This document shows, in pieces, positions 38,683 to 49,161 of a stretch of DNA of 61,111 bases. Source of the DNA: an uncultured Acidobacteriota bacterium (GTDB lineage: Bacteria > Acidobacteriota > Polarisedimenticolia > Polarisedimenticolales > DASRJG01); NCBI GenBank assembly GCA_964628935.1, contig CAZVOE010000001.1:28769-89879 (forward strand), given 5' to 3'. Position 1 is the stretch's first letter; every line of letters starts with the position of its first letter. Below the pieces are notes generated by a model. That model saw only the letters and a list, made by a program, of their open reading frames with translations. It did no database searches and was not told the DNA's origin. The position numbers and the translations under genes were made by a program.

Positions 38683-40770
38683 GTGGACGCCCATCCCGAC
38701 GAGAAGCCCGCCACGCTTCCCGAGAACGCCTATCGAGAGTTGAGGCCCGGCGAGACCTACGTCCCGATGGTCCCGGCCTCCGTGACCGTCCCCGAGATCA
38801 CCCGGCGCTCGATCGTCGTCGGGATCCTCATGAACGTGATCTTCTCGGCCGCGGCCACCTTCGTCGCCCTCAAGGTGGGGCAGGGGATCGAGACGGCGAT
38901 CCCGATCTCGATCGTGGCGATCGGGGTGTCGGGAATCCTCCTGTCGATGGGCCGGAGGCGAAGCTCGCTCCTCGAAAACGTCAACATTCTCGCGATCGGT
39001 ACGACCTCGGGGATCGTCGCCGGCGGCACCGTGTTCACGATGCCCGCGATTTACATCCTGAATCTCGACGAGAAACTGTCGATGGGAAGCGGGACGCTCT
39101 TCCTCCAGATCTTCCTGGTGCCGTTCCTCGGCGCGGTGCTCGGCGTCCTCTTCCTCGTCCCGTTCCGCCGCTACTTCGTCAAGGAAATGCACGGGAAACT
39201 CCCGTTCCCGGAGGCGACGGCCACGAACGAGATCCTCGTGACCGGCGGGGGAGGCGGAAGCGTCGCGCAGGTGATGATTCTCACCTACTCGTTTGCGGTG
39301 GGTTTCGTCTACAACGCGCTCGCGGGGGTCTTCAAGGTCTTCTCGGAGACCTTCACCACGGCCGCAGCCCGAATGTGGGACGGCGTCACGACGCAGACCA
39401 AGGCGATCTTCTCTCTCGGGACCGGCGCCGAATTCGTCGGCCTCGGGATGATCATCGGTCTGCGTTACGCGACGATCATCGTGGCCGGGTCGTTCCTGTC
39501 CTGGTTCGTCTTCATCCCGATGCTCGCGCCGTTCGGTCTGGACACGCTCCAGTCCCTAAACTCCGCGATCACCGGAACGGGCCCGGGGGACATTTTCCGG
39601 GCGATTCCGCGCAACATCGGGATCGGCTGCATCTTCACGGCGGGGCTCATCTCGATTCTCAAGATGAGCAAGGTGATCATCACCGCCCTCAAGGAGGCCC
39701 TCGGGGGCCTCCTGAAGGGCGGCTCCGCGGTGCAACGGGCGCACGACCGCACGGACGAGGACATGAGCTATCCCACGCTCCTCGTGATCGGCGCGATCAC
39801 GGCCGTGGCGATCTTCCTCTACTTCCGGTTCGTGGTGATGGCCAGCCTGGAAAACGCGACATCGCTCTCATTGCTGGCGCTGATCCTGGCCCTCGTCGTC
39901 GCGTTCCTCTTCACGACCGTGTCGGCCTGGGCGATCGCGACGATTTCCGTGACGCCGATCTCGGGCATGTCCGTGACCACGATCATCATCACCGCCGTCG
40001 CGCTCCTCGCGGCCGGCCTCCCGAAGGGAGACGCGGGGATGCTGATCGTCCTCCTCGTGGGAGGCGTGGTGGCGTCCGCGCTCTCGATGGCGGGAACGCT
40101 CGTGACCGAGTTCAAGATCGGCTACTGGACGGGAGCGTCGCCCAAGAAGATCCAGTGGAGCGCCCTCCTCGCGTCGCTCCTCGCCTCGGTCCTGGTCACC
40201 TTGACGATCATGGTGCTCGCGACGACCTACGGCTACGACTCGACCGTGAAGCAGGACGCCCTGCAGGCGCCGCAGGCGAACATGATGGCGAGCGCGCTCC
40301 AAAGCTTCATCGGCGGCGGGAGCGTCCCTTGGCGGATGTACGGGGTCGGGGTCGTCATCGCGTTCCTCATGAACCTGCTCGGCGTGTCGCCCCTGGCGTT
40401 CGGGCTCGGGATGTACCTCCCGATGGAACTGAACACGCCGATCCTCGCCGGGGCGATCGTCGCCCACTTCATCGGCAAGAGCTCGAGCGACGCGGCGGTG
40501 TCGAAGACGCGCACCGACAAGGGGATCCTCATCGCCTCCGGCCTCATCGCGGGTGCCGCGATCCTGGGAGTCGTGAAGAGCCTTCTCTTGAGCGTCGAGG
40601 GCACGAAACGCGTCGTGGAAAGTCTCGACCTGAGCCACCTTGTGGGAGGCGAGACCTCTTCGCTCTTCAACACCCTCGGACTCGTCGCGTTCGTCGTCCT
40701 GTGCGCCGTCGTCTATCTCGACTGTCGTCGGGCGAAGCCGGAGGGACCGCAAGTCAGCGGCAGGTCGTGA
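38683..40770 (+). CDS. OPT-family (oligopeptide / metal-chelate) transporter
   Basis: GTG at 38683, preceded by AGGAGG at 5 nt. 695 aa, polytopic. The N-terminal region RELRPGETYVPMVPA..ITRRSIVVGILMNVIFSAAATFVALKVGQGIETAIPISI is typical of bacterial OPT proteins. Confidence 0.75.
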   Translation: MDAHPDEKPATLPENAYRELRPGETYVPMVPASVTVPEITRRSIVVGILMNVIFSAAATFVALKVGQGIETAIPISIVAIGVSGILLSMGRRRSSLLENVNILAIGTTSGIVAGGTVFTMPAIYILNLDEKLSMGSGTLFLQIFLVPFLGAVLGVLFLVPFRRYFVKEMHGKLPFPEATATNEILVTGGGGGSVAQVMILTYSFAVGFVYNALAGVFKVFSETFTTAAARMWDGVTTQTKAIFSLGTGAEFVGLGMIIGLRYATIIVAGSFLSWFVFIPMLAPFGLDTLQSLNSAITGTGPGDIFRAIPRNIGIGCIFTAGLISILKMSKVIITALKEALGGLLKGGSAVQRAHDRTDEDMSYPTLLVIGAITAVAIFLYFRFVVMASLENATSLSLLALILALVVAFLFTTVSAWAIATISVTPISGMSVTTIIITAVALLAAGLPKGDAGMLIVLLVGGVVASALSMAGTLVTEFKIGYWTGASPKKIQWSALLASLLASVLVTLTIMVLATTYGYDSTVKQDALQAPQANMMASALQSFIGGGSVPWRMYGVGVVIAFLMNLLGVSPLAFGLGMYLPMELNTPILAGAIVAHFIGKSSSDAAVSKTRTDKGILIASGLIAGAAILGVVKSLLLSVEGTKRVVESLDLSHLVGGETSSLFNTLGLVAFVVLCAVVYLDCRRAKPEGPQVSGRS

Positions 40771-41530
40771 TCGACGGGTTGTCGAACCCGACGTCCCACA
40801 TCGCGAACGCCGAGAGCCATTCGATCGAGAGCCAGCTCACGTACACCTGGTCGACGTTCTCGATTACCGTCCTCCAAGTGAGGTCGAAATCGTGGAGGGT
40901 CGGACAGTTCGTCCCCTTCCAGACGCCCCAGCACGGCTTTCCTGTGGGATCGGGGTCGCCAGGTAGGATGCACGTCTCGCAGAATCCTCCCGGGCACGGG
41001 TCGCCGTTATTCGGCTCCGGAAGGGTCGGGCTTGCCGACGGGACCGGAAACGAATACTTGACCCAAGTGATCGACGGCTGGTTCGCGGGCGGCATGTCGA
41101 GCCCGCTCTGGAAGAAGACGATGCAGTCGTCGTCGGGAACGTCGGGGGTGCCCATCCCGTTGAGGAGGACGAGCGTCGGAGAGTGGAAGGTGTGGTCGCG
41201 ATTCACGTACTGGACGGTCGCGAGCTCCACGCCGAACTCGGTCACGCGCCGCTCGCTCCAGTTCCCCGTGAACACAGAGGGCTCTGTCGTGATGGCGATC
41301 GGGTAAAACGTGTCGAGACCCGCCGCGTGCAGGAACTCCTTGTTGCGCCCCCGCTGGTCGTCGAAGAATTCCCCCTCGTAGCCGAAGCTCCACCCTCCCT
41401 CGTTCGACCCCGACGCGAACGTCTCGACGCGCGTGTCCGTGAACTTGCAGTCGATGGCGGGCGGCGCGGCGGCGACGGCCCCGGCCACCGCCGCGCAACA
41501 CACGAGAATCCCTGCGATTCGAAGCTTCAT
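40754..41530 (-). CDS. secreted protein of unknown function
   Basis: 258 aa with signal peptide MKLRIAGILVCCAAVAGAVAAA. Balanced, W/F/N-rich composition with several Cys. I recognise no motif. Its 3' end overlaps the OPT gene by 17 nt (convergent). Confidence 0.6.
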   Translation of the reverse strand: MKLRIAGILVCCAAVAGAVAAAPPAIDCKFTDTRVETFASGSNEGGWSFGYEGEFFDDQRGRNKEFLHAAGLDTFYPIAITTEPSVFTGNWSERRVTEFGVELATVQYVNRDHTFHSPTLVLLNGMGTPDVPDDDCIVFFQSGLDMPPANQPSITWVKYSFPVPSASPTLPEPNNGDPCPGGFCETCILPGDPDPTGKPCWGVWKGTNCPTLHDFDLTWRTVIENVDQVYVSWLSIEWLSAFAMWDVGFDNPSITTCR

Positions 41531-41596
41531 GATCCCCCTCCGCCGGGCCCCGAGACCGTGCCCACCCGCCGAGGAATGTACGCCGAAGGGGCGCGC

Positions 41597-42253
41597 TCAG
41601 CGCTCGACCGGCCGCGCGATCCGGGCGAAACTCCAGAGAAGGCCCTGCTCGAGACCGGGCAGCGGCCGGGTGTCGACGAGGCGGTAGCGCTTCCAGACCT
41701 CCCGCTTCGAGACCTGCTCCACCTCCGGACCCGCCCACAGAAGCACCCGTCCCTCGGCGGCGAGGGCCGGCGCGAGGCGGGGGAGGACGCGCTCCCAGTT
41801 CCCCATCGCCCGGCACGTGACGAACGCGAACGGCCCGGGCTCGGGGAGGTCGCCGGGACGCTGCACGTGGGCGTGGAGGACGTCGAGGTTCGCAAGCCCC
41901 AACTCGCGGACGAGGTCGCGAAGGAACTCGGCCTTCTTGCGGGACGCTTCTGTCATCGTGACGCGGAGTCCCGGTCGTGCCACCGCGAGTGGGATCGCCG
42001 GATACCCATTTCCGCTCCCGAGATCGAGGACACGCCCTTGCGCCTCGGGGGGGATGAGGGGCAGGGCGGAGAGCGATTCCGCGACGTGCCGGTCGGCGAA
42101 CTCGTCGGGATCGGTGATCGTCGTGAGGTGGAGGCGTTCGTTCTCCTCGAAAACGCGCCTCGCCTGAAGCACGAGCGGCCCGAGCCACTCCGCCGGCTGC
42201 CCGGCGAGCACGCGGGACCGGAGGGCGTCCTCGACGCCGGGGACCTCGATCAC
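41597..42253 (-). CDS. rsmG: 16S rRNA (guanine527-N7)-methyltransferase RsmG (GidB)
   Basis: 218 aa with the SAM motif VLDLGSGNGYPAIPLA and RKKAEFL. It has the conserved position downstream of mnmG. Confidence 0.9.
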   Translation of the reverse strand: MIEVPGVEDALRSRVLAGQPAEWLGPLVLQARRVFEENERLHLTTITDPDEFADRHVAESLSALPLIPPEAQGRVLDLGSGNGYPAIPLAVARPGLRVTMTEASRKKAEFLRDLVRELGLANLDVLHAHVQRPGDLPEPGPFAFVTCRAMGNWERVLPRLAPALAAEGRVLLWAGPEVEQVSKREVWKRYRLVDTRPLPGLEQGLLWSFARIARPVER

Positions 42254-42415
42254 TTCCTCGTTCCTCCGCGGTCCGCGCCGCGCTCGAATCCTCGGGACGC
42301 GGAAGACCCGACACGGATCTCGGTCACGGTGGCGGCGTCACGCGGGTCGATCGGGTCCGTCACGCGGCGGAGCGTACGTTGCTCGACATGTCGGTGCAAG
42401 CGGGAGCGGGGCGCC

Positions 42416-42731
42416 TTGTCCGTGCTGGCTCGCACGCGGATCGCCGCCACTCGCCGCCGGACGCTTGCCGCCGTCGCCGCGGCCGCGCGTCCCCCCCGAG
42501 GTCTCGCCGGACGCGACCTTTCGTGCCGACAAGATCACCCGGAGCTGGTCGGAAACGACGGACGCCGATGCGTACAACGTTCCCAGCGGCATCGACCCGA
42601 GCGCGGCCGACCAGACCTGCCTCGTGTATCGCACCAACGCGACCGAAGCCGCGCTCGACGAAGCGCCGGCGCCCGGCGCTCTCATCCTTCAAGGACTTTC
42701 CCGTGGACTGATGCGGCGTCGCTCGAGGTAG
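42416..42731 (+). pseudogene. possible frameshifted small ORF or domain remnant in the mnmG-rsmG gap
   Basis: Frame 0 (42465..42731) reads DATFRADKITRSWSETTDADAYNV..DQTCLVYRTNATEAALDEAPAPGALI. This loosely parallels the C-terminal domain of the giant protein ([35 protein letters not shown]). A C7 run at 42491-42497 separates it from an upstream TTG-initiated frame. It is very uncertain. Confidence 0.2.
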
Positions 42732-44572
42732 GCCGCGAGAAGCGCGAGGGCCGCCGGAGTCATGCCGTCGATCCTCCCCGCTCGACCCAACGTCTCCGGG
42801 CGCACGCGTTCGAGCTTCTCGACGATCTCGGCGGAGAGCCCGGCGAGGCCGCGGTAGGAGAACCCGGGCGGGATCCTCCGCTCTCCCGCGCGCCGCATGC
42901 GCTCCGCCTCGCGCTTCTGCCGCTCCACGTACCCTTCGTACCGGAAGGCATCGCCGGCGAGCGCCCGGTCGCGCGGGTCCATCCCCGCGAGGATGGGACT
43001 CAGCGGGACGAGTGTTTCGGGGTCGATCTCGGGCCGCCGGAGCAGGTCGCCGGTCGTGGCGGGCTGCTCGAGGAGGATGCCGTGAGTCGCCAGCCGCGCG
43101 CGCGTCGCGGCATCGGGAAGCCATCTCTCCCGGCCCAGCGCCTCGACCGTCGCCGCGAACTCCGTCCATCGCGCCTCCATTCGATCGGCCCGCGCGGCAT
43201 CGAGAAGCCCGATGCGCCGGCCGTGCGGAGCGAGCCGCCGCGTCGCGGTGTCGATGCCGAGGAGGAGACGGTACTCGGCGCGAGCGGTGAACATCCGGTA
43301 GGGCTCGGTCGTGCCGCGCGTGACGAGATCGTCGACGAGGACGCCGATGTAGGCCTCCTCCCGACCGAGCTCGAGCGGCGGCTCGGAGCGTGCGGCGAGG
43401 GCGGCGTTGATCCCGGCCATCAGTCCGAGAGCGGCCGCCTCCTCGTACCCCGTCGTGCCGTTGATCTGACCCGCGAGGTAGAGTCCGCGCACCCGTTTCG
43501 TTTCGAGCGTCGGGAGGAGCTCCGTCGGATCGACGTAGTCGTACTCGACGGCGTAGCCGGGACGGACCATCTGCGCGTCCTCGAGTCCGCGCACCGACCG
43601 GATCATCGCGAGTTGCACGTCGGGGGGGAGCGAAGTCGAAAAGCCGTTGACGTAGATCAGTTCGCTCTCGAGACCCTCCGGCTCGAGGAACAGTTGGTGC
43701 CGCTCCCTGTCGGAAAACCGGACGACCTTGTCTTCGAGCGACGGGCAATAGCGCGGGCCGCGGGCGGTGATGGCGCCGGAGAAGAGCGGGGAGCGGTCGA
43801 GGTTCGCATGGATCAGGCGGTGAACGTCGCCGTTCGTGTAGGCCACGTGACACGAGACCTGGGGGAGCGCGGGTTCGATCGTCTCCTCCGAGAAGAAGAC
43901 GGGAGCCTGGTCTCCCGGCTGTTCCTCGAACCGCTCGAGGCGCACGCTCTCCCGCGCCAATCGCGGGGGGGTTCCGGTCTTGAACCGGCCGAGGCGGAAG
44001 CCGAGCGCCGCGAGAGAAGCCGACAGCCGGTTCGACGGCCGCTCGCCGACTCTGCCCCCCGGCGTGCGATCGCTTCCGACGTGGAGGAGCCCCCGGAGAA
44101 ACGTTCCCGTCGTGACGACGACGCGCTCCGCGGCGATCTCCCGCCCGTCTCCGAGGCGGACGCCGCGCACGCTTCCGTCCTCGACGAGAAGCGACGCGAC
44201 CTCCCCTTCGACGAGCGTGAGCCGCGGCCGGCCGAGCAGCTCCGCGAGCATCGCGAGGTGGTATCGCTCCTTGTCCTGCTGGGCCCGCGGCCCGCGCACG
44301 GCGGGCCCCCGGCTGCGGTTCAGGAGGCGAAACTGGATCCCGCAGCGGTCGGCGAGGCGCCCCATGACCCCTCCGAGGGCGTCGATCTCCCGGACGAGGT
44401 GCCCCTTGGCGAGTCCGCCGATCGCAGGGTTGCACGACATGCGTGCGACGGCGTCGCGGCTGAGCGTCACGAGAACGGTATCGAGCCCCATCGTCGCGGC
44501 GGCGAGGGCGGCTTCCGACCCGGCGTGCCCGGCCCCGACGACGACGACGTCCGCGCGAACGGTGTGCTCCAT
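42689..44572 (-). CDS. mnmG: tRNA uridine 5-carboxymethylaminomethyl modification enzyme MnmG (GidA)
   Basis: ATG at 44572 ([29 protein letters not shown] fold). 627 aa. The rest of the 1206-aa ORF is off-frame readthrough of mnmE and jag. Confidence 0.95.
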   Translation of the reverse strand: MEHTVRADVVVVGAGHAGSEAALAAATMGLDTVLVTLSRDAVARMSCNPAIGGLAKGHLVREIDALGGVMGRLADRCGIQFRLLNRSRGPAVRGPRAQQDKERYHLAMLAELLGRPRLTLVEGEVASLLVEDGSVRGVRLGDGREIAAERVVVTTGTFLRGLLHVGSDRTPGGRVGERPSNRLSASLAALGFRLGRFKTGTPPRLARESVRLERFEEQPGDQAPVFFSEETIEPALPQVSCHVAYTNGDVHRLIHANLDRSPLFSGAITARGPRYCPSLEDKVVRFSDRERHQLFLEPEGLESELIYVNGFSTSLPPDVQLAMIRSVRGLEDAQMVRPGYAVEYDYVDPTELLPTLETKRVRGLYLAGQINGTTGYEEAAALGLMAGINAALAARSEPPLELGREEAYIGVLVDDLVTRGTTEPYRMFTARAEYRLLLGIDTATRRLAPHGRRIGLLDAARADRMEARWTEFAATVEALGRERWLPDAATRARLATHGILLEQPATTGDLLRRPEIDPETLVPLSPILAGMDPRDRALAGDAFRYEGYVERQKREAERMRRAGERRIPPGFSYRGLAGLSAEIVEKLERVRPETLGRAGRIDGMTPAALALLAAYLERRRISPRESP

Positions 44573-44574
44573 CG

Positions 44575-45918
44575 TCACTTCCCGATGCAGAAGGTCGCGA
44601 AGACCCGTTCGAGGAGATCGTCGCTTCCGACGTCGCCGGTGATTTCTCCGAGGCGCCGCATCGCCTCGCGGACGTCCTCGAGGACCGCCTCCTCGGAGAG
44701 CCCGGCCGCGAAGGCCCGAAGGCCTCGCGCGAGCGCCTCCGCGCAGCCCTCGATCGCGGCGCCGTGGCGCGCGCCGGAGAGCACGGCGTCTTCGAGGCTC
44801 CCTCCGCCGAGGGCCTTCTCCCGGAGCGCGGCGCGGAGCGCGGCGAGTCCCGCCCCCGAACGCGCGCTCACCTCGAGGACGCCTTCGGGAAGCGGGCCCG
44901 CCGACTCCGGGAGGTCGACCTTGTTCGCGACGATCACCGCGCGATGGGGGTCGAGCTCTTCGAGGGCGCCTCGCTCCGCCGGATCGATTGGACGCGAGGC
45001 GTCGAGGACGAAAAGCACGAGGTCCGACTCGGCGAGCGCCGCCTTCGCCCGGCGCACACCCTCGGAATCGTTCGGATCGGTGGGGCGCAGCATCTCGGCG
45101 GTGTCGACGAGGCGCACGGGCAAGCCGTCGAGATCGACGACATCCTCGAGGGTGTCGCGCGTCGTTCCCGGGATCTCCGAGACGATCGCCCGCTCCCGCG
45201 CGAGGAGGGCGTTGAAGAGCGACGACTTCCCCACGTTGGGAAGGCCGGTGATCGCGACCTGGACTCCCTCGCGCGCGACCCGGCCCGTGCTCATCGCGCG
45301 GCGGAGCGCCGCCGCTCGCTCGGCGGCCGCGGCGAGGGCCCGGCCGAAGCTCTCGGACGCCTCCCGCGTCTCCGGTTCCTCGACGAACTCGACCGCGGCC
45401 TCCGCGCGCGCCGCGAGATCGAGGAGCGCCTCTCGGAGCGGGGCGAGGCGCCGCGCCAGGCTCCCCTCGCTCTGCGCGAAGGCGGTCCGCGCCTGCCAAA
45501 GAGTGCGCGCCTCGACGAGGTCGCGCACCGCCTCGGCACGGGTGAGGTCGAGCCGGCCGTGCCGGAGCGCCCTGTAGGTGAACTCCCCGGGCCCCGCCGC
45601 CCGCGCTCCGGCGGCGAGCGCCGCGTCCACGAGTTCCCGAAGGACCGCGGGACTGCCGTGCGCCCAAAGTTCCGCCGTCGGCTCCCCGGTGAAGGAGCGG
45701 CCAGCCTCGAAGCGGACCAGGTACCCGCGATCGACGGGATCGCCGTCCCGCCCGACGAAGCGGCCGAACCGGAGCGCCCCTCCGGCCCGCGATCCGCCGG
45801 GCCGGAAGAGACGCTCGGCGACCGCGTGCGCCTGCGGTCCGCTCAGCCGTACGCAGCCGATGCCGCCTCGCCCCGGGGGGGTCGCCACGGCGACGATCGT
45901 CTCTTCGAGATCGTGCAT
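44575..45918 (-). CDS. mnmE: tRNA modification GTPase MnmE (TrmE)
   Basis: 447 aa with G1 motif [14 protein letters not shown] and the C-terminal CIGK. Confidence 0.95.
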   Translation of the reverse strand: MHDLEETIVAVATPPGRGGIGCVRLSGPQAHAVAERLFRPGGSRAGGALRFGRFVGRDGDPVDRGYLVRFEAGRSFTGEPTAELWAHGSPAVLRELVDAALAAGARAAGPGEFTYRALRHGRLDLTRAEAVRDLVEARTLWQARTAFAQSEGSLARRLAPLREALLDLAARAEAAVEFVEEPETREASESFGRALAAAAERAAALRRAMSTGRVAREGVQVAITGLPNVGKSSLFNALLARERAIVSEIPGTTRDTLEDVVDLDGLPVRLVDTAEMLRPTDPNDSEGVRRAKAALAESDLVLFVLDASRPIDPAERGALEELDPHRAVIVANKVDLPESAGPLPEGVLEVSARSGAGLAALRAALREKALGGGSLEDAVLSGARHGAAIEGCAEALARGLRAFAAGLSEEAVLEDVREAMRRLGEITGDVGSDDLLERVFATFCIGK

Positions 45919-45930
45919 GAAACCGGGCCG

Positions 45931-46662
45931 TCAGCCGCGGCGCCTCCCGCGGCGGCGCCCTTCGCGCTCCACGGTCACGCGCTTCAAGAACCCTTCGCCC
46001 TCCGACCGCGACGTCAGTCCCGGAAACTCCCGGATGGTCACGTGCACGATCCGGCGCTCGTACGGGTTCATCGGGTGAAGCTTCCTCGGCTTCCCCGTGC
46101 GCGCGACGACCGACGCGACCTCTCGCGCGAGCTCGACGATCTCGCCGTCGTCCCCTCCGCGCTCCTCTCCGCAGCGGACCCGGACCGGGCCCGCATCGGG
46201 CCACCCTCGACGGGCCATCCGGTGGAGGAGGAATTCGAGCGCGTGGAGGAGTTCCGCCTCCCGCTTGAGGAAAAGGTCCTCGTCCTCTCCTTCGAGGAAG
46301 ATCGACCACCCCGTCCCGTCGCGCACGATCCGGGGCGCCACCGCGAACCCGCCCCCCTCCAAGATCGCCCGAACGGTCTCGACGAGCGCCCTCGGCGGCT
46401 CGGAGGCGACTTCGGTCGCCTCGGCCGACGCACCCTGGGATTCGACCCGAGGCGGCTGGGGCTCCGGCGCCGGCGGGGGCGCGGCGCGGTCGGGAGTGTC
46501 GACGGAGATGCGAACGGGCCGGGCGCCGAAGCCGAGAACCCCGAGCCGGCCCTCATCGACGAGACGGTAGTGCACCGCCTCCTCGGCAACGGAGAGAAAG
46601 CGGGCGGCCTCGGAGATCGCCTCCTCTAGGGTGCGCCCCTGGAACTCTCGCTCCCCGCCCAC
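45931..46662 (-). CDS. jag: Jag/KhpB RNA-binding protein (Jag_N, KH, R3H)
   Basis: 243 aa with an R3H segment ([26 protein letters not shown]). It has the conserved position after yidC. Confidence 0.85.
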   Translation of the reverse strand: MGGEREFQGRTLEEAISEAARFLSVAEEAVHYRLVDEGRLGVLGFGARPVRISVDTPDRAAPPPAPEPQPPRVESQGASAEATEVASEPPRALVETVRAILEGGGFAVAPRIVRDGTGWSIFLEGEDEDLFLKREAELLHALEFLLHRMARRGWPDAGPVRVRCGEERGGDDGEIVELAREVASVVARTGKPRKLHPMNPYERRIVHVTIREFPGLTSRSEGEGFLKRVTVEREGRRRGRRRG

Positions 46663-46666
46663 GGCC

Positions 46667-48397
46667 TCACGCCTCCCGCGCCGCCGCGGCCTCGGTGCGG
46701 GCGACGTGCCTGTTGACGAGCCACTGCTGCCCGATTCCGAGGAGGTTGTTCACGAACCAGTAGAGGACGAGACCAGAGGGAAGATTGAGGAACATGACGG
46801 TGAAGATGACCGGCATCATCAGCATCATGCGCTGCTGCACCGGATCGGCCCCCGCCGCCGGGGTCATCTTCTGCTGCACGAACATCGTGGCCCCCATGAG
46901 GATCGGGGTGACGTAGAAGGGATCCTTGAGGGTGAGGTCGCGGATCCAGCCGAAGAACGGTGCCCCCTTGAGCTCGACCGCGACGGTCAACACGTTGTAG
47001 AAAGCGATCAGGATCGGGAACTGCGCGAGGAGCGGAAGGCACCCGGTCACGCCTCCGAGGGGGTTGACCCCCTCCTTGCGGTAGAGGGCCATCGTTTCCT
47101 CGTTCATCTTGAGCTTGGCCTGCGGGTCCTTGCTCTTCTTGTACTTCGCTTGAATCGCCTTGAGCTTCGGCTGGAGCTTCTGCATTTGCTGAGCCGTGCG
47201 GCGCATCCTCACCATCGAAAACTGGTTGAGCGGGAAGAGAACGATCCGCAGGGCGAGCGTGGCGAGGATGATGGCGAGGCCGTAATTGCTGACGACGCGG
47301 TCGTGGATCCACATGAGCGCGAGGAAGAGCCACTTCGCGATCGCGTAGATCAACCCGTTGTCGGAGAACCACACGACCTCGTCGAGACCGTCGCCGTAGT
47401 CGCGGAGCAGCCGGAATTCTTTCGGGCCGACGAAGAGCCGGCCGCTCCCCTTCGGCATGCCGACCGCGACGATGTACTCGGGCTCCGGCTCTTGGTCCCC
47501 GTTCGGCCCACCGGGGACCATCGCGGAACTCAACGTGACGGGCCCGCGCGGCCCGTCGGGGAGGAGGAGCGCGGCGAAGTACTGCTCCTCGAGACCGGCC
47601 CATCCCGGAGAACCGTCGGGTGCGTACAGGAGCGGCACCTCGAGTTCGTCCGGCTTGATTCGCTCCGCGGTGTCGCCCGGCCGGCGGAGCACCGCCTGCC
47701 CGGTGTAGTGGATGTACCCGCCGCCGTCGTGGTCGTCCGCCCGGAGCCCCGGCCCCCACGTGACCGCGACCGGCCGCTCTCTCCCGCGGTCCACGACGCG
47801 CGCCGAGAGCCCCGTCAGGTACGATCCCTCGCGGAAGGAGAGGGACTTCTCGGCCTCGAGTCCCTGACCGTCCGACCACCGGAAGGTCAGCGCCTCTCCT
47901 CCTCCCTCCAGAGGCCGGCGCTCGACCACGAAGAGCGCCTCGCGGAGCGCGCGGTCGATCGCGTCGTCGCCGGTCCGGAATTCGAGCGGGAGCACCCCGG
48001 TTTGCCGCGCACCGGCCGGAACGAGATCGGGATACGTCCGTTCGTCCCGCGCGAAGCGCTTGAGCTTCCAGGAGGTGACCCGTGCCCCCTGGTTCGTGAA
48101 GACGATCTCGTACAGATCGGTCTCGACGCGGACCGCCTCGACGGAGGGCGCGGCGACCGCGTCCCTCGCCGAGGAGGGGGCCCCTTCCGCCTGGGCGGGC
48201 TCGGAGGGCTCGGCTTGGGCCGTCTTCACGGGGTCTGCCGGCGCCGGGATCTCGGCGGGAGCTGGCGCGGCGGGGGGAGGAACGGCGGTCGGGAAGAAGT
48301 ACTGCCAGCCGAAGAGGACCGCCATCGAGAGCACGAGCGCCAAGATCATCCGGCGGTCCATGAACGGATCGTCTTGTTGCGGTCCCTGGGGGTTCAT
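46667..48397 (-). CDS. yidC: membrane protein insertase YidC
   Basis: ATG at 48397 overlaps the yidD stop (ATGA). 576 aa with an N-terminal TM helix, a periplasmic domain and a conserved C-terminal 5-TM core ([22 protein letters not shown] ... [16 protein letters not shown]). Confidence 0.95.
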   Translation of the reverse strand: MNPQGPQQDDPFMDRRMILALVLSMAVLFGWQYFFPTAVPPPAAPAPAEIPAPADPVKTAQAEPSEPAQAEGAPSSARDAVAAPSVEAVRVETDLYEIVFTNQGARVTSWKLKRFARDERTYPDLVPAGARQTGVLPLEFRTGDDAIDRALREALFVVERRPLEGGGEALTFRWSDGQGLEAEKSLSFREGSYLTGLSARVVDRGRERPVAVTWGPGLRADDHDGGGYIHYTGQAVLRRPGDTAERIKPDELEVPLLYAPDGSPGWAGLEEQYFAALLLPDGPRGPVTLSSAMVPGGPNGDQEPEPEYIVAVGMPKGSGRLFVGPKEFRLLRDYGDGLDEVVWFSDNGLIYAIAKWLFLALMWIHDRVVSNYGLAIILATLALRIVLFPLNQFSMVRMRRTAQQMQKLQPKLKAIQAKYKKSKDPQAKLKMNEETMALYRKEGVNPLGGVTGCLPLLAQFPILIAFYNVLTVAVELKGAPFFGWIRDLTLKDPFYVTPILMGATMFVQQKMTPAAGADPVQQRMMLMMPVIFTVMFLNLPSGLVLYWFVNNLLGIGQQWLVNRHVARTEAAAAREA

Positions 48398-48663
48398 CGG
48401 ACGTTTGTCTCCGGTCGGCCGGCGGCGTTGCCGGCGGAAGAAGGCGCTGGGGGCACCGGATCGAAACCCCCCGCCCCCCAAGGATGGCAGCGCGCGAGGC
48501 GGCGGAGTCCGAGCCAGAGACCGCGGGCGACGCCGTGGGTGTCGACCGCCTCCGCGGTGTAGACGGAGCACGACGGGTAAAAGCGGCACGCGGAGGGAAG
48601 AACCGGAGACACAACGAGCTTGTAGGCGCGCAGGAGCGCGAGCGTGCATCGCTTCGCGATCAC
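48394..48663 (-). CDS. yidD: membrane protein insertion efficiency factor YidD
   Basis: GTG at 48663 overlaps the rnpA stop. The sequence [31 protein letters not shown] is the YidD signature. Confidence 0.85.
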   Translation of the reverse strand: MIAKRCTLALLRAYKLVVSPVLPSACRFYPSCSVYTAEAVDTHGVARGLWLGLRRLARCHPWGAGGFDPVPPAPSSAGNAAGRPETNVR

Positions 48664-49076
48664 CGCTCGACCTTTCGCGCGAGTTCTCGGGCCAGGCGCA
48701 GGAACTCGGCTTCGATCCTCGAGAACGCGACCCGTTCCGCTCCCCGGCGCACGTTGACGACGAGGTCTAGCGGGATCGAGATCTCCTCTCGGTGAAGCCG
48801 GTAAATCTCGCGGATGCGTCGCTTCATGAAGTTGCGGATCACGGCCCCTCCGCACTTTCGGGTCACCGTGACGCCCAGCCTCCCGAGGCCGTCGCGGCTT
48901 GTCCTCCCGAACAGGACCAGGTTGGGGCCGGAGACCCGGAGGCCGGTCTCGTAGATCGCGAGAAAGTCTTTCCGTCGCTTGAGCCGCGCCGCACGGGGAA
49001 ACGTCTTGCGACCGGTACGGGCGCGGTCAGACGACGAGTCGCTTGCGCCCCTTCCGGCGGCGTCGGGAAAGGACAA
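48660..49076 (-). CDS. rnpA: RNase P protein component
   Basis: The conserved core is [26 protein letters not shown]...[20 protein letters not shown]. The only in-frame ATG/GTG/TTG upstream of the core is TTG 49076, which lies 50 nt inside rpmH. Confidence 0.8.
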   Translation of the reverse strand: MSFPDAAGRGASDSSSDRARTGRKTFPRAARLKRRKDFLAIYETGLRVSGPNLVLFGRTSRDGLGRLGVTVTRKCGGAVIRNFMKRRIREIYRLHREEISIPLDLVVNVRRGAERVAFSRIEAEFLRLARELARKVER

Positions 49077-49161
49077 GACGGCCTCCCTTGGTGGACATGC
49101 GCTCCCGGAAGCCGTGCTTCTTCTTGCGCCTGCGGTTGTTCGGCTGAAAAGTCCGCTTCAT
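49027..49161 (-). CDS. rpmH: 50S ribosomal protein L34
   Basis: Absent from the ORF track, which appears to list only ORFs of about 60 aa or longer. Manual translation of the minus strand from ATG 49161 gives [44 protein letters not shown], then TGA at 49029-49027. Confidence 0.9.
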   Translation of the reverse strand: MKRTFQPNNRRRKKKHGFRERMSTKGGRLVLSRRRRKGRKRLVV

